From: Octopus bimaculoides
Lineage: Eukaryota
Reading direction: 5' to 3'
Assembly (NCBI RefSeq): GCF_001194135.2
Contig: NC_068998.1
Span: forward strand, 19,299,296-19,363,295
Length of the DNA stretch: 64,000 nt
A program made the position numbers and the translations under genes. The first letter of the stretch is position 1, and every line of letters begins with the position of its first letter. Under the pieces are notes generated by a model. The model worked only from the letters and a program-made list of their open reading frames with translations, did not search any database and was not told where the DNA came from. Of this stretch, positions 62,128 to 64,000 are shown one piece after another.

Positions 62128-63650
62128 NNNNNNNNNNNNNNNNNNNNNNNNNNNNNNNNNNNNNNNNNNNNNNNNNNNNNNNNNNNNNNNNNNNNNNNNN
62201 NNNNNNNNNNNNNNNNNNNNNNNNNNNNNNNNNNNNNNNNNNNNNNNNNNNNNNNNNNNNNNNNNNNNNNNNNNNNNNNNNNNNNNNNNNNNNNNNNNNN
62301 NNNNNNNNNNNNNNNNNNNNNNNNNNNNNNNNNNNNNNNNNNNNNNNNNNNNNNNNNNNNNNNNNNNNNNNNNNNNNNNNNNNNNNNNNNNNNNNNNNNN
62401 NNNNNNNNNNNNNNNNNNNNNNNNNNNNNNNNNNNNNNNNNNNNNNNNNNNNNNNNNNNNNNNNNNNNNNNNNNNNNNNNNNNNNNNNNNNNNNNNNNNN
62501 NNNNNNNNNNNNNNNNNNNNNNNNNNNNNNNNNNNNNNNNNNNNNNNNNNNNNNNNNNNNNNNNNNNNNNNNNNNNNNNNNNNNNNNNNNNNNNNNNNNN
62601 NNNNNNNNNNNNNNNNNNNNNNNNNNNNNNNNNNNNNNNNNNNNNNNNNNNNNNNNNNNNNNNNNNNNNNNNNNNNNNNNNNNNNNNNNNNNNNNNNNNN
62701 NNNNNNNACATATATATATATATATATACGCACACACATATACAACAAGTTTCTATACAGTTTCCGTTTACCAAATTCACTCACAAGACATTAATGGCCC
62801 GGAGTTATAGTAGAAGATACTTGCCCTAGGTGCCTGAAACCACGTGGTCGCAAAGTGTGCTTCTTAACCACTCAGCTTGCTCTGTCATTTACTAGTCAAT
62901 TCAATACATTTAGTCAATTACGTCTTTACTCCCACGCAAAAACAAAAACAAAATTGCATACCTGGCATAGAAAAAAGGACATGGTTTCTTCAAAACAGAC
63001 TGACCAGTTATAGTGTATTTCAGAATTAATACTTAATTTTCTGGTTTATTTATTTCTTGCCATGTAATTTTTTACTTTGAGAATCACTGCCTTGATCATG
63101 CTCAAGTGAGACCCATAATGGAATTCTTTCCCCACATCAAGACAGTGCAGCTATTCCACAAATTACTCACCTACACATGCCAACCTTTGACCTAGAGATG
63201 TTGGGGTGTTGTTTCTGCTCCCTGCCTTTTCTACTTCAATTATGGTGACCTCTGTTCTATCAAACTAACTGGTTTCATGTCACTCCACTCATTCCCTAAG
63301 GTTGTGATTTCACTCATCTCTCTTCCTGTCATCGACCATATTGTGTCCACATACAGCATTGTACTAACACCCCTCTACCTTTTCATAGTATCATCCGTCT
63401 TCAATTCTCTCCATGCCAATATTGTTCATGCAGTTGTCAGTTTACAAGCTATTCAAGTGAACCCTCAACAGTGTTGATTGCCCTGATGTCAGGTTCTGCA
63501 AAAGCCCTTTTCTCAAGACCTAATCACAATAAAATAAATTAATAAATTAATTAGAAGCTGCTGAAAGTAGTTACCAAAATTTTATGGGCAAAATAAATGT
63601 GATAGTATCCTGTTTAGAGGATATTTGTTTCTCATCTGCTTCACAAAATC

Positions 63651-64000
63651 ATCATCATTGTTCAATGTCCGCTTTCGATGCTGGCATGGGTTGGCTGGTT
63701 TGACTGAGGATTGGCAAGCGGGGAGGCTGCACCAGGTTCCAATCTGATTTCGCAAGGTTTCTACAACTGGATGCCCTTCCTAACACCAACCACTCTGAGA
63801 GTGTGGTGGGCGCTTTTTACGTGCCACTGGCATGAGGGCCAGTCAGGCAGCACTGGCATTCACCATGCTCAAATGGTACTTTTTGCATGCCAGTCAGGCA
63901 GTACTGGCGTTGACCACGCTCAAATTTTGTTTTTTACATGCTACTGGCATGGGAGCCAGACAGGTGGCACTGGCATTGACCATGTTCGAATGGTGCTTTA
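63651..64000 (-). mobile_element. RTE LINE 3' UTR with tandem sub-repeats (runs off the window)
   Basis: (CAT)n tail on the plus strand, GGATGCCCTTCC core, and repeated cagtcaggcagcactggcattcaccatgctc units. Confidence 0.8.

Overview
AT-rich, microsatellite- and retroelement-dense animal genomic DNA with scaffold gaps. The repeat landscape points to an octopus/coleoid cephalopod; this is an inference. Two protein-coding genes are recognisable, both on the minus strand. One is a complete 8-exon ANP32 gene (273 aa; LRR domain, acidic tail and KKRK NLS; CDS 21197->14880). The other is only the first coding exon of KTI12 (9964->9817); its remaining exons were not found and probably lie left of the window. 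A third CpG-rich promoter-like region near 51 kb may launch an unrecognised spliced minus-strand transcript through 50.6->27.6 kb. The rest is RTE and CR1/L2 LINE debris, tRNA-derived SINEs, Tc1/mariner relics, MITEs and microsatellites. The most notable items are two minimal type I hammerhead-ribozyme motifs of the Penelope type (47879-47914 with an intact core; 35113-35149 with a core variant), an ANP32E-type H2A.Z-binding motif in the octopus ANP32, and Merlin-like MITEs carrying telomere-like repeats. Repeat boundaries are approximate. Nearly all ORFs in the supplied track are spurious.
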